Below are positions 45,469 to 59,559 of a stretch of DNA of 64,000 bases, piece after piece (within the stretch, counting starts at the first letter, position 1; the number at the start of each line of letters is the position of its first letter). The notes under the pieces are model-generated. The model was given only the letters and a program-made list of their open reading frames with translations. It was not told the DNA's origin and made no database searches. Position numbers and translations under genes: made by a program. Source of the DNA: Eledone cirrhosa (lineage: Eukaryota); the NCBI GenBank assembly GCA_964016885.1, contig OZ024747.1, positions 66,836,001-66,900,000 of the forward strand. Reading direction: 5' to 3'.

Positions 45469-45571
45469 TATCTATCTATCTATCTATCATTCTATATACC
45501 TGTGCATCGTTGAAACGTCCCTTCCTAATGGTGCTTATATAAGAGACAAATATATATATATATATACATAC

Positions 45572-45639
<68 letters not shown>

Positions 45640-46260
45640 AAAGAGATGAAATCGAAAATGCAACTGGAGTCTTATTTTTTTTTTAAATATATATATTTAT
45701 TTGGTTCCTTTACCGGTTTCGCAGTTCTTCTGCTTTTCAAAAGGTGAGTTGAGATGGAGGGTTTGTGGTTTTTCTCACATCTGGTTGGTCTCTGAATGTT
45801 ACTTGTTTTATATGGAAAAAGTGGCTCGAAATGCCAGGTTTTTCGAGAAGTAATTTGATTGGTTTGTCAATAATTATAATAAATTTCGCGCCAGTTCGCG
45901 TTACAATAGTTCTTCAAATAAGAGGGGGGGGGGGTTGTCACAGGTTGTTTTTTCATATATGAGTGTTTGAATTTCTTTTTACTTGAAAAAAGGAGGCTCA
46001 CGAAGGCTTTTTTTGGGTTGGTTATAAATGAAATTTGGCTGTCACGTGAACAAGTTTTCATTACATTTTTGCGCCCTTATTTGGAAAACTATTCTGTAGT
46101 CTTTATAGTGAATGTTATGACAATGGAAAGTTAGTGGTCAAGAGAAAAGGGATTGGGAGAATTGTTCTGGTTCAGTGAATATGGTTAGTTCGCTGGGGTG
46201 TCAGAGTTCAGATTTTCTATTGAAGTGAAGATATGTATGTTTATTTGTGTGCTTGTGTGT

Positions 46261-46343
<83 letters not shown>

Positions 46344-46599
46344 GAAGATGATTCTATTAGTAGAGATGGGGGAGGGAGTTGTGTGTGTGTGTATATGGGT
46401 GTTATATGTGTGTGTGCGAGTATGTTAAGATGGAGAGAATATATATTTTGTGTGTGTGTATATATATATGATATATATATGTGTGTAGGAAAGTGGTTCT
46501 ATTAGTAGAAATGGGGAGGGAGTTGTAGGTGTGGGGGTTGTTATGTGTGTGTATGGGTGTTATGTGTGTGGGAGTATGGTTAGCATGTTAAGATGAAGA

Positions 46600-46672
<73 letters not shown>

Positions 46673-46876
46673 GTGTGTGTGTATGTGTGTGTGTAGGAAA
46701 GTGATTCCTTTAGTAGGAATATTTTTGAATGAACATATTTTCCTTATTCGTGTTTGCTGTTGTATTGTCAGTGCAAATGTATGTTAAGGTTTATTTAGTT
46801 CGGGTTTTTATTTTCTAAAGTAGAAGGTGTTATGTGTGTGCGTGTATGTCATATTATGGTATTGACATAATGTATA

Positions 46877-47300
46877 TTAAACCTTATTTAATGTTCGTCT
46901 ATATTTTTGAATAAACATATTTTCCTTATTTATTCGCATTTGCTCTGTTGTATTGTGAGCGCAAAGGTAAAATGGGAAGACTTGGAATTTGGGTGTCTTA
47001 TTACTTGCGCAAATGTCTAGATGTGCACTTAGTGGTATCTGTCTCGTGGTTGGATCTCGTAATTGTTGGCGATGAACTGTCATTCTGTTTCTGAGTGTGA
47101 GTTTAGTTTGTCCTATATAATCTTCATTGCATCCTTTACATTTAATGGCATAAACTAGATTTTTTGATGAGCAAGTGAAGTGATTTTTTACAGTAAAATT
47201 TTGTCCTGATTTAAATGTATACGTGTTGCCTTCAATGAGGTGAGTGCAGGTTCCACAATTAGAGCGACCACATTTTTTGATACTTGGTTATGGGTTTGTG
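46877..47300 (-). CDS. Penelope GIY-YIG endonuclease fragment
   Basis: KKCGRSNCGTCTHLIEGNTYTFKSGQNFTVKNHFTCSSKNLVYAIKCKGCNEDYIGQTKLTLRNRMTVHRQQ..HLDIC..KENMFIQKYRRTLNKV*. Confidence 0.88.
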
Positions 47301-48238
47301 GGTTTGTGGAATGAAAAAAGCCCTTGAAACACACAAAATAATCAAAAGCAAAAGACAACCAAAATCACTGAAAACATTACTCACCAATGCCAAATTACCT
47401 ACCACAAACCCACAACCAAGTTTCAAAAAATGTGGTCGCTCTAATTGTGGAACCTGCACTCACCTCATTGAAGGCAACACGTATACATTTAAATCAGGAC
47501 AAAATTTTACTGTAAAAAATCACTTCACTTGCTCATCAAAAAATTTAATTTATGCCATTAAATGTATATATATATACACACACACAAAATATATATTCTC
47601 TCCATCTTAACATACTCGCACACACACACATAATACCCATATACACACACACACAACTCCCTCCCCCATCTCTACTAATAGAATCATCTTCCAATACACA
47701 CATACACACACACATACACACACACAAGCACACAAATAAACATACATATCTTCACTTCAATAGAAAATCTGAACTCTGACACCCCAGCGAACTAACCATA
47801 TTCACTGAACCAGAACAATTCTCCCAATCCCTTTTCTCTTGACCACTAACATTCCATTGTCATAACATTCACTATAAAGACTACAGAATAGTTTTCCAAA
47901 TAAGGGCGCAAAAATGTAATGAAAACTTGTTCACGTGACAGCCATAATTTGATTTATAACCAACCAAAAAAAAGCCTTCGTGAGCCTCCTTTTTTCAAGT
48001 AAAAAGAAATTCAAACACTCATATATGAAAAAAACAACCTGTGACAACCCCCCCCCCCCTCTTATTTGAAGAACTATTGTAACGCGAACTGGCGCGAAAT
48101 TTATTATAATTATTGACAAACCAATCAAATTACTTCTCGAAAAACCTGGCATTTCGAGCCACTTTTTCCATATAAAACAAGTAACATTCAGAGACCAACC
48201 AGATGTGAGAAAAACCACAGACCCTCCATCTCAACTCA

Positions 48239-48276
48239 CCTTTTGAAAAGCAGAAGAACTGCGAAACCGGTAAAGG
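48239..48276 (+). ncRNA. Minimal type I hammerhead, U3-A8 core (mirror on minus 45707-45744; third copy 12302-12338)
   Basis: CCTT-TTGAAAA-GCAG aagaa CTGC-GAAA-CCGG-TA-AAGG; palindromic stem III; predicted GUA cleavage site. Confidence 0.85.
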
Positions 48277-48431
48277 AACCAAATAAATATATATATTTTT
48301 AAAAAAAATAAGACTCCAGTTGCATTTTCGATTTCATCTCTTTTTCTTTATACGTTCACTCGTGTAGGACACCTCGGTTATTTTTCATTTTGTAAAAAAA
48401 ACCTCACTTTCTAATATATATATATATATAT

Positions 48432-48615
48432 AATTGTTTCTACTTTAGGTACAAGGCCAGCAATTACCCAGTACATTACTGGTACTTTATTTTATCGACC
48501 CCATAAGGATGAAAGGCAAAGTTAACCTCGGCGGGATTTGAACTCAGATTGTAAAGGGTCGTAACTATGTTAGAGAGCATGGCGTCCAACCCTCTACTGA
48601 TACTGCCAATTCACC
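48432..48615 (-). mobile_element. SINE copy (short variant)
   Basis: Reverse complement of the SINE consensus. Confidence 0.88.
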
Positions 48616-48685
48616 GATATATAATGAATATTATTGATGCTAGAAGTGAGCTCAAACGTAAACCCATCCCTCGTTCTCTTTTTCA

Positions 48686-48718
<33 letters not shown>

Positions 48719-48953
48719 AATATATATAAATATGCGTGTGTGTATGTATGAGCGAGTGTGTTTGTTTATATATATATGCAGAGAGAAAGAGGGAGATGCA
48801 CGCAAAAAACGTGCAATGTAGCAGACATGTTATAAAATAAATATGAATTCTATGCAGAATCCTTTTACGAAAAATCACTTTATATCACACAATTCTCTCA
48901 TTTTCTGCTTTTTCTCAATACATAAATGCATATACATCTTTGTGCGCACACAG

Positions 48954-48987
<34 letters not shown>

Positions 48988-49051
48988 TATACACACACTC
49001 AAACAGCCACGTATGCACAACACGCACATATACATATATTTATGTATATGT

Positions 49052-49082
<31 letters not shown>

Positions 49083-49149
49083 CATATACACACACACAAG
49101 CAGGATCGCACGCACACAACACACACACATATACATATATTTATATATT

Positions 49150-49202
<53 letters not shown>

Positions 49203-49214
49203 AAAATAAGGAAA

Positions 49215-49264
<50 letters not shown>

Positions 49265-49300
49265 TACACACACACATATATATATATGTATATATATATA

Positions 49301-49338
<38 letters not shown>

Positions 49339-50024
49339 TTTAATGCTTTCATGCTTTTATAAAGCTTTTACAGAGATTATAGAAGTTGAAGGAGAATGCG
49401 GAAGGTGCTGGCAAAGCATTGACAAAAGTAATTATTTTTTATCATCACTTGAATCAAATGATAATAATATTCACTTAATAAATCAATTTTGTTGCTAGTT
49501 CAATTAATAGATTCATTGATACGTTGTTACGGTCGTGTCTGCCATGATTGTGGTGAAGGTTCTGTTATGAATCTTTTTGGTTGAGTGGGACAAACGGCTT
49601 ATCATGCCTGTGTATGTGTGTGTCTGTGTCAGTGTGTCAGTATGTGTGTTTATGTGCCTATGTGTATGTGTATATGTATGTGTATGTATGTGTGTGTGTG
49701 TGTCAGTGTGTCAGTATGTGTATATGTGTGTGTCTGTATATGTATATGCGTATGTATGATTGTGTTTGTGAGTGTCAGTGTGTGTATGCCTGTGTCAGTG
49801 TTTGTATATGTGCCTATGCATGTATGTGTATGTGTGCTTGTGTTTGTGTATGTGTATATGTATGTGTGCGTGTGTTTATGTGTGAAGTTGTCTGTTGTAA
49901 TTGCTGTAATAGCTGTGGTATGGTTCATCTTGTGATGGTTGGAAATTTTGCGTGACTCCGACAACAACAATGAGCAGTGTGTACGTCCGTGTATCTGCGC
50001 ATGCGCGTGTGTGTCGTAAAGTCA

Positions 50025-50301
50025 TGTGACTTATTGGGTAGGATTTTCGGTTCACAACCATAAAAATGTGAATTCGATTCCTGGCGGCAGGTTTTCTTCT
50101 AGAGAAAAACAATTCATTTCACATTGCTTCAGCTACCAAAATGATTTCGATATGTAATTCAAATGGCCAGTCTTGTCACTTCCTGTGATTTGCTGGATCC
50201 CCGGGAGATCTACGTTAAGTGTACACGTGTCTGTGGAATATTCAACCATTTACACGTTAGTATTACAAGCACACTGTTTAGTTGATCAAATTATCTATAT
50301 G

Positions 50302-50339
<38 letters not shown>

Positions 50340-50620
50340 ATGAGAACAGATTAAAGTTTAAACGAAAAATCGCTGCTTTCACCCTTAACGGGATCTTTTG
50401 AAACATAAACCATACACTTAAATACACAAAAACACACACTTCATGCACGTACACATACACATACCCTGACACGCACAAACGCGCATACATACGTGTGTGT
50501 GCTGGGCCTCCATCCCTTTCGGCGACGAGTGTTGCAGATAATTTGATCAACTAAACAGTGTGCTTGTAATACTAACGTGTAAATGGTTGAATATTCCACA
50601 GACACATGTACACTTAACGT

Positions 50621-50624
<4 letters not shown>
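50025..50624. mobile_element. Second, older tRNA-derived SINE-like sequence with an inverted partial copy (50207-50297 vs 50536-50624)
   Basis: tRNA-like head (GGTAGGATTTTCGGTTCACAACC..GAATTCGATTCC); ~90-bp inverted duplication. Confidence 0.55.
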
Positions 50625-50702
<78 letters not shown>

Positions 50703-50723
50703 ACGTTATATATCACTTAACGT

Positions 50724-50788
<65 letters not shown>

Positions 50789-51697
50789 TGCACGTACGAA
50801 TGCAATATGTATGTATAACCCCATTTTTAATACTGAGTTTATTTTTGACCGGCCACCTCCCCGGTGGCAAGGTTGTAGAGAAAAGTAAATTGTCGTCGTT
50901 TCTTGTGTAAGCGTTCATCCTTTGAATGCATGCCTGTATAGAAATATGTATATGTTTAAAAGTTTGTCACAAAATGCATGAATACATTATTTTTATAGTT
51001 CGGCGTTTTATCGTGTGTATATATATATTTTTTGTGGGAGAGTAGGCTATATTTATTTGAGAAATACTGTACAGGTATGTTTCTGTGTATGCGAGTGTTT
51101 ACTTGTTACGGGTTTCATGGATGCATGCACAAATGTTTTTATTTTTATTTACATGTGTATGTGTGTGTTGCGCATTTGTGAGAATCTTTTCGGATGTATT
51201 TGTCGGTATATGTACCTGGGTATACACATAGATATGTGCATCACTCTGTGTACATGTGTGTGCATATATGCGTATGCGTATGTTTATACATATGCTTATA
51301 GATCCCTATAGTGTGTATTTGTTAGTGTAGGTTGAAGTATGTGTATCTGTACATGTGTGTATACGTTTATGTCTATATCTGCATTAAAAATATATTTGTA
51401 TGTGTATATATGTACATATATATGTACGTGTAGATCCATGTAGTGTCTGTGTACATGTATGTGAACAGATGTGGGTATGCGTTTACATTTGTGTGTAAAT
51501 GTATATGTATATGTATATATATGTATGTGTATGTGGGCATATATGTTTGTCTATTCATTTCCAAAACTTGACATTCAATGTAATATATTTAACCAAAACG
51601 GTTGACAGGTTAATTACAATCAGAAACCGTTGGTCTCATCATCATTACCATCATCGGCATTATTAATAATATTGTTGCAATTATTGTTATTATTATT

Positions 51698-52053
51698 TGA
51701 GTCTCAGTCATTAATGTTAGTTAACTGGAAAGTTTGTTGAAATGAATATCAAGCAACTACCTACAACCTCAGATATTCAGGACGTATCGGAGGGTTCTTG
51801 CTGTTCCAAGCAAGCATGCCTTTTGAAGTGTTCCAAAAAGCGGGGCGGGACCAATTTTCTTTAACCATCCTTGGAAACTCTTTGAGATAGTACCTGGTGC
51901 GCCTATGACAATCGGGATCACTCTGACTTCATGGCAGTTCCAAATCCTTTTTACCTCCCACTTTAAGTCCTGGTATCGGTTAATTTTCTCCCTCTCCTTC
52001 TCTTGCAATCTCGTGTCGAATGGACAGGCTACATCCACAATCAGGCATGATCT
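51698..52053 (-). mobile_element. Family A 3' fragment
   Basis: ORF 51769-52038 is nearly identical to the family A C-terminus; family A 3' UTR present. Confidence 0.9.
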
Positions 52054-52094
52054 TTATCCCTTCTTCAAAACCACATTATTATTATTATTATTAT

Positions 52095-52284
52095 TGGCGG
52101 TGGATTGGCAGTATCGGTAGAGGGTCGGACGCCATGCTTTCCAGCATAGTTACGTCCCTTTACGATCTGAGTTCAAATCCCGCTGAGGTTGACTTTGCCT
52201 TTCATCCTTACCGGGTCAATAAAATAAAGTACCAGTAATGCACTGGGTAATTGCTGACCTTGTGCCTAAATTAGAAACAATTAT
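52095..52284 (+). mobile_element. Full-length SINE (short variant) between ATT tracts
   Basis: Matches the SINE consensus. Confidence 0.9.
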
Positions 52285-52315
52285 TAATATTATTATTATT
52301 ATTATTATTATTACA

Positions 52316-55300
52316 GTTGCATTTATCTTGCTTTATGTTCATACGAGTTATCACCAAGTCACAACCAGTGACCTCAAGAGACAACAAGGTCCGCCATGTT
52401 CAAGAAAGAAAATACATATTCACACATGCATCTTTAGTGTTTAGACTTGTGATGTACTTATATTGACAGAATCTTCCTTAGTATATGGGCAGTTCCCATT
52501 AGTACTATCTTTTGTATTTCTCCTATACGCGGGTTTCCTGGGATTTGCGATAAGTAATCATTAGACCCCTTAGGTATCATTCCCAGAGCGCCTACAACCA
52601 CTGGTATTGTTTTAGTTCTCAATTTCCGCATTTTTCCAATTTCTATCTCCAGGTCCTTATACTTGCTCAATTTTTCAAATGTTTTTATAGATACATTCTT
52701 GTCTATTGGAACAGACATATCAATTAGCAGGCATACCCTCTTTTGAAAGTCCTTCAATATTATATCAGGTCTATTTGTATCTATTTTTCGGTCTGTTTGG
52801 ATGCTAAAGTTCCACAAGATTGAGATGTAATCTTTTTCAAGTATGGGAGGTGGTTGATGCTCCCACCAATTCTTTTGATGGGGCAGGTCAAAATGCTTAC
52901 ACATTATCCAATGTATGTATTGTGCAGCTCTGTCATGCCTGTTTAGGTATTCGGTTGGAGCTATAGGACTGCACATTGAAATTATATGGTCAATGGTCTC
53001 TGGTTGTTTTTTACATACACGGCATAATGGGCTGCATCCATTTTTTATTATGTTGGCTTGGTAATTTTTTGTTGGAAGACACTGATCTTATGCTGATATA
53101 ATCAGTCCTTCAGTCTCCGATTTCAGTCCAGAGGATGCCAACCACTGATGGGTTAAAGTTTTGTCAACATCAGGATTGTTAGCTCGTTCTGGGTATTTTC
53201 CATACAGAGGCTTTTCTTGCCATTTCTTAGCCAGTTTCTGTAGCAGTTCTTTCTTTGCAGTTACTTTTACCTGCTTTGCTTTTTCTGTGTTTTCCATTTC
53301 AGCAGTAAATGGGACTTCTGAAATTTGTAGTCCATTACTGTATCTTTGTGCATCTTTTCTAATGGAATATGATCTTTTGATGCGTTCGTGTTTCACAACG
53401 AGTTTGATCATCCACTCATGTGATTCCCTTAGATATGTAGATAATCCAATTGTTGCAGTTTTCAACGCAATGTCTAACTGGATTAACCCACATCCTCCTT
53501 CTTTCCTAGGGAGATATATTCTATCTGTATCTGCCTTAGGGTGATGCATTCTGTGCATGGTTAAGAATTTTTGAATTTTTGTATCGAGCCTACGGATCTC
53601 TGTGCTTGACCAGTTGATGACATTGTAACTGTAGGTTACTACTGGTATGGCAAGCGTGTTGATGGGATCGATCCTATTCCTTGCATTCAATTCCGTTCTT
53701 AAGATTGCTCTTACTCTGCAGTAACATTCCTTCCTTATCCTTTCCCTCATTGTCGAGTGCTTGATTCCGTCTCCTTCACAAACACCTAGATATTTGTAAG
53801 TTTTTTCTTGATCAAGTTCTCTTATCACGTTCCCCCGATCAAGATTAATGTCTGAACTCTTCAGCAGCTTTCCTCTGGTGAACGTTGCTTTGGCGCATTT
53901 ATCTAGTCCAAACTCCATTTTAATGTCATCACTGAACTGCTCCACGGTGGATAATAGCCCTTGCAATTGTTCATCATGTTTTGCAAGTAGTTTCAGGTCA
54001 TCCATGTAGAACAAGTGATTAATGGTTTTGTCATAGACTCTATATCCATGTTTTGTTTCATTGAGCATTTTACTTAATTGTATAAGTGCGATGCAGAATA
54101 AAAGCGGTGATAAAGAGTCACCCTGAAAAATTCCACAATTAATATTAACTTCTCCAGCTTCCAGTGATTTTGTTTCACTATTCAAAAGGAGTGTCGTTTT
54201 CCATGTCTTCATACTGAATGACAAAATCCTCTTGACAACGGGGGATATTTTGAAAATCTCTAAACATATTTCAATCCAACTGTGTGGCAAACTATCGAAT
54301 GCTTTTTTATAATCTATCCTAGCAATTGATAGATTTTTGTGTCTATTATGACAATCTTCCAGTATCATTTTGTTAACCAGAAGCTGATCCTTACAGCCAT
54401 ATGAGCCTCGTTTACACCCTTTCTGCTCAATGGGAAATAGGTCATTTGTTATCAAGTGGTCATATGTATATTCAGTTAGGACTGATGTTAAAATTTTATA
54501 CATTGTGGTCAAGCAAATTATCGGTATGTAATTTTTGGGATTGTTTGTCTCATCATTCTTCGGAAGCAGGAATGTAATGCCGTTAATTAGCCATGATGGT
54601 ATCTTTTCTGGCTCCTTAACTATTTCATTGTAAAGTTGGGCTAACAGCTCATGAGACTCTGTGAAGACATTTATCCAAAAATTTTGTATTTTGTCTTTTC
54701 CTGGGGATTTCCATTTGCTGGTTTTTCTTAGAGACAAGCGCAACTGTTCAACTGTTATATTTTCCCATATTTGTTCTTCAAGGTGAGCTGTATCTTTCAT
54801 TTGTCTGTCTATCCATGGGGCATGTATGTTATGAACTTTTTCTTCGGCCCAGATCTTTTCCCAGAATTCTTGCACTTCCTCCTTGGGTGGTATTGATTTA
54901 GCAGTTATTGTTGACTTACCAATTTTTCTGTAGAAGTTTCTTTGGTTGTTTTTGAACATATTATTGTCCTTATAGAATCTAGATCGTTTTTCAAAGCGCC
55001 TTATACGAGCAGCTTTGGCCGACACTTTTTGCTTGATTATTTCTATCAGCATGTCTATGTCACTTGTTGATTTTATACTGTACTTTCTTTTCAATTTTCT
55101 AAGTTTAGTTTGTTTAACATATTCACCTACTTTATAGTTTGTTAAAATTTCTATGTCAGATCGGAGAAGGTTTATTTGGCGATTGATGTTCTCTTGCCAA
55201 GTAGATTTCTTGTGGGAATTCCTTTGTTTTTTCATCTTCACTCCACATAAGTGAGTTGTGACTTTAGCCGATGCATAATAGAGATGATTTAAATCAGTAA

Positions 55301-55388
55301 TGTTTAGTTTGTTTGTGATGATAATGTTTTTGAGAATTATGTTAGTCTTGTGTATTATCTTTTGGTTCTGTTTGGAGTTCTGGATCTT
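52316..55388 (-). pseudogene. Family B copy, 5'-truncated, with a nonsense mutation at 53088-53090
   Basis: ORFs 53088-55241 and 52458-52976 are in-frame parts of the B protein (CAA>TAA); many substitutions relative to the intact copy. Confidence 0.92.
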
Positions 55389-55401
55389 ATTATTATTATT
55401 A

Positions 55402-58400
55402 TTTGCATTTATCTTGCTTTATGTTTATACGAGTTATCACCAAGTCACAACCAGTGACCTCAAGAAACAACAAGGTCCGCCATGTTCAAGAAAGAACACA
55501 CATATTCACACATGCATCCTTAGTGTTTAGACTTGTGATGTACTTATATTGACAGGATCTTCCTTAGCATATGGGCAGTTCCCATTAGTACTATCTTTTG
55601 TATTTCTCCTATACGCGGGTTTCCTGGGATTTGCGATAAGTAGTCGTTAGACCCCTTAGGTATCATTCCCAGAGCGCCTACAACCACTGGTATTGTTTTA
55701 GTTCTCAATTTCCACATTTTTCCAATTTCTATCTCCAGGTCCTTATACTTGCTCAATTTTTCAAATGTTTTTATAGATACATTCTTGTCTATTGGAACAG
55801 ACATATCAATTAGCAGGCATACCCTCCTTTGAAAGTCCTTCAATATTATATCAGGTCTATTTGCATCTATTTTTCGGTCTGTTTGGATGCTAAAGTTCCA
55901 CAAGATTGAGATGTGATCTTTTTCAAGTATGGGAGGTGGTTGATGCTCCCACCAATTCTTTTGATGGGGCAGGTCAAAATGCTTACACATTATCCAATGT
56001 ATGTATTGTGCAGCTCTGTCATGCCTGTTTAGGTATTCGGTTGGAGCTATAGGACTGCACATTGAAATTATATGGTCAATGGTCTCTGGTTGTTTTTTGC
56101 ATACACGGCATAATGGGCTGCACCCATTTTTTATTATGTTGGCTTGGTAATTTTTTGTTGGCAGACACTGATCTTGTGCGGATATAATCAGTCCTTCAGT
56201 CTCCGATTTCAGTCCAGAGGATGCCAACCACTGATGGGTTAAAGTTTTGTCAACATCAGGATTGTTAGCTCGCTCTGGGTATTTTCCATACAGAGGCTTT
56301 TCTTGCCATTTCTTAGCCAGTTTCTGTAGCAGTTCTTTCTTTGCAGTTACTTTTACCTGCTTTGCTTTTTCTGTGTTTTCCATTTCAGCAGTAAATGGGA
56401 CTTCTGAAATTTGTAGTCCATTACTGTATCTTTGTGCATCTTTTGTAATGGAATATGATCTTTTGGTGCTTTCGTGTTTCAAAACGAGTTTGATCATCCA
56501 ATCATGTGATTCCCTTAGATATGTGGATAATCCAATTGTTGCAGTTTTCAACGCAATGTCTAACTGGATTAACCCACGTCCTCCTTCTTTCCTAGGGAGA
56601 TATATTCTATCTATGTCTGCCTTAGGGTGATGCATTCTGTGCATGGTTAAGAATTTTCGGATTTTTGTATCGAGCCTACGGATCTCTGTGCTTGACCAGT
56701 TGATGACATTGTAACTGTAGGTTACTACTGGTATGGCAAGCGTGTTTATGGCATCGATCCTATTCCTTGCATTCAATTCCGTTCTTAAGATTGCTCTGAC
56801 TCTGCGGTAACATTCCTTCCTTATCCTTTCCCTCATTGTCGAGTGCTTGATTCCGTCTCCTTCACAAACACCTAGATATTTGTAAGTTTGTTCTTGATCA
56901 AGCTCTCTTATCACGTTCCCCCGATCAAGATTAATGTCTGAACTCTTCAGCAGCTTTCCTCTGGTGAACGTTGCTTTGGCGCATTTATCCAGTCCAAACT
57001 CCATTTTAATGTCATCACTGAACTGCTTCACAGTGGATAATAGCCCTTGCAATTGTTCATCATTTTTTGCAAATAGTTTCAGGTCATCCATGTAGAACAG
57101 GTGATTAATGGTTTTGTCATAGACTCTATATCCATGTTTTGTTTCATTGAGCATTTTACTTAATGGTATAAGTGCGATGCAGAATAAAAGCGGTGATAAA
57201 GAGTCACCCTGAAAAATTCCACAATTAATGTTAACTTCTCCAGCTTCCAGTGATTTTGTTTCACTATTCAAAAGGAGTGTCGTTCTCCATGTCCTCATAC
57301 TGAATGACAAAAACCTCCTGACAACGGGGGATATTTTGAAAATCTCTAAACATTTTTCAATCCAACTGTGTGGCAAACTATCAAATGCTTTTTTATAATC
57401 TATCCAAGCAATCGATAGATTTTTGTGTCTATTATGACAATCTTCCAGTATTATTTTGTTAACCAGAAGCTGATCCTTACAGCCATATGAGCCTCGTTTA
57501 CAACCTTTCTGCTCAATGGGAAATAGGTCATTTGTTATCAGGTGGTCATATGTGTATTCAGTTAGGACTGATGTTAAAATTTTATACATTGTGGTCAAGC
57601 AGGTTATCGGTCTGTAATTTTTGGGATTGTTTGTCTCATCATTCTTCGGTAGCAGGAATGTAATGCCGTTAACTAGCCATGATGGTATCTTTTCTGGCTC
57701 CTTAACTATTTCATTGTAAAGTTGGGCTAACAGCTCATGAGACTCTGTGAAGGCATTTATCCAAAAGTTTTGTATTTTGTCTTTTCCTGGGGATTTCCAT
57801 TTGCTGGTTTTTCTTAGAGCCAAGCGCAGCTGTTCAACTGTTATATTTTCCCATGTTTGTTCTTCAAGGTGAGCTGTTTCTTTCATTTGTCTGTCTATCC
57901 ATGGGGCATGTATGTTATGAACTTTTTCTTCGGCCCAGATCTTTTCCCAGAATTCTTGCACTTCCTCCTTGGGTGGTATTGATTTAGCAGTTATTGTTGA
58001 CTTACCAATTTTTCTGTAGAAGTTTCTTTGGTTGTTTTTGAACATATTATTGTCCTTATAGAATCTAGATCGTTTTTCAAAGCGCCTTATACGAGCAGCT
58101 TTGGCCGACACTTTTTGCTTGATTGTTTCTATCAGCATGTCTATGTCACATGTTGATCTTATACTGTACTTTTTTTTTCAATTTTCTAAGTTTAGTTTGT
58201 TTAACATGTTCACCTACTTTATAGTTTGTTAAAATTTCTATGTCAGATCGGAGAAGGTTTATTTGGCGATTGATGTTATCTTGCCAAGTAGATTTCTTGT
58301 GGGAATTCCTTTGTTTTTTCATCTTCACTCCACATAAGTGAGTGGTGACTTTAGCCGATGCATAATAGAGATGATTTAAGTCAGTAATGTTTAGTTTGTT

Positions 58401-59370
58401 TGTGATGATAATGTTTTTGAGGATTATGTTAGTCTTGTGTATTATCTTTTGGTTCTGTTTGGAGTTCTGGATCTTAGGGAGGGTGTCTCGTTCCCCCATG
58501 TCAGATTCTTTCATTTTCATCCATTCGATCATAATTTCATCCTTCAAGTTGGCAAGTTCATTCTCATTCATTTCTTTATCATTTACGATCTCATTATTTT
58601 CATTTGGAGTTTCATCCTGAGCATGCACTCCCTCCACTTTTTCGCTCCTTTCTTTAATTTGTTCTGTTGCCAGTGATTCCGCCCCAACCCTGGGATTCGA
58701 AGTGTTACAGTTTACCTCGTTTTCACTGACACATGCTTCATTTTCCCTTCGCTGACTTTGTGCTACTAGCTTGATCTGATCAATTTCTATATCAGTTAGT
58801 AACTTTTTTCTTACAATATTTCTTCGTATATTGGCTAGTTTGTTACTGTCAATATAGCCTCTCTTTTCGGGATGTTTCTTTTTCCAGTTGATATATGTTT
58901 GTTCTGTATTCGATGTATTTGATTGGTAGTACATGGCAGTGTAGAAAGCCTCAAGGACTTCTTTATTATCTTCCCTTGACCATTTTTCTCTCTTTTTCTT
59001 TGGATTTCTTGGTGGTGAGCATGGAGGGCCAACAGTAGGAGTATTCCGGTTATGGGAGGTCTCCAGCTCCGAAGTGATGGGAAGGTTTGAACCGTTAGCT
59101 GATTTTTCGACCCCAATCTGGTTCCTCTCTGAGGGACGCGGCCCTTTTTTACCCGGGTGACGGCCGATCCGGTATGAGATTTCATCATTAGACATCTACT
59201 TTATTTTGTCGCGTTTTATCCTTATCCGCCAAGGGGTAATCATTTCGTGTTACCACTTCTAGAACGAGTGTCAACCAAGACTAGAGGGGTCGTTCTCCCC
59301 TAGAGACATGGCTATTCCCCGCCGGCCGCCATCCCGGTATTTCTTGGTCACGGGGTTTTCTTTTTGTTGT
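55402..59370 (-). mobile_element. Full-length family B copy with a single +1 frameshift in an A-run (~58170-58178)
   Basis: ORFs 58146-59195 and 55544-58138 together equal the 1216-aa protein; A9 here versus A8 in the intact copy. Confidence 0.93.
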
Positions 59371-59559
59371 TTTTTTTTACATTGTTATTATCATGAGTGG
59401 TTCCTTAATGTGAGCATTGCGTGGCTTAAGAATGAAATTATTAATAATTGTCTCCACTCCAGGCACAGGGCCAGCAATCACCCAGTGCATTACAATAATA
59501 TAATATACTTTATAATATACTTTATAATATACTATTATTATTATCATTATTGTTATTGT

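Larger units (their letters stand above)
45638..48414. mobile_element. Penelope-like element (Neptune-like Cys linker + GIY-YIG) as inverted partial copies, in (TA)n
   Basis: Minus copy 47308 to 45638; plus copy 47309 to 48414 with an internal deletion at ~47566; arms 45638-46468 and 47566-48348 are reverse complements. Confidence 0.85.

Noticed and set aside
58146-58180. Programmed frameshift splitting family B into two ORFs
   Set aside because: The paralogue at 32861-36511 is continuous; a 1-nt homopolymer indel (mutation or sequencing error) explains it.
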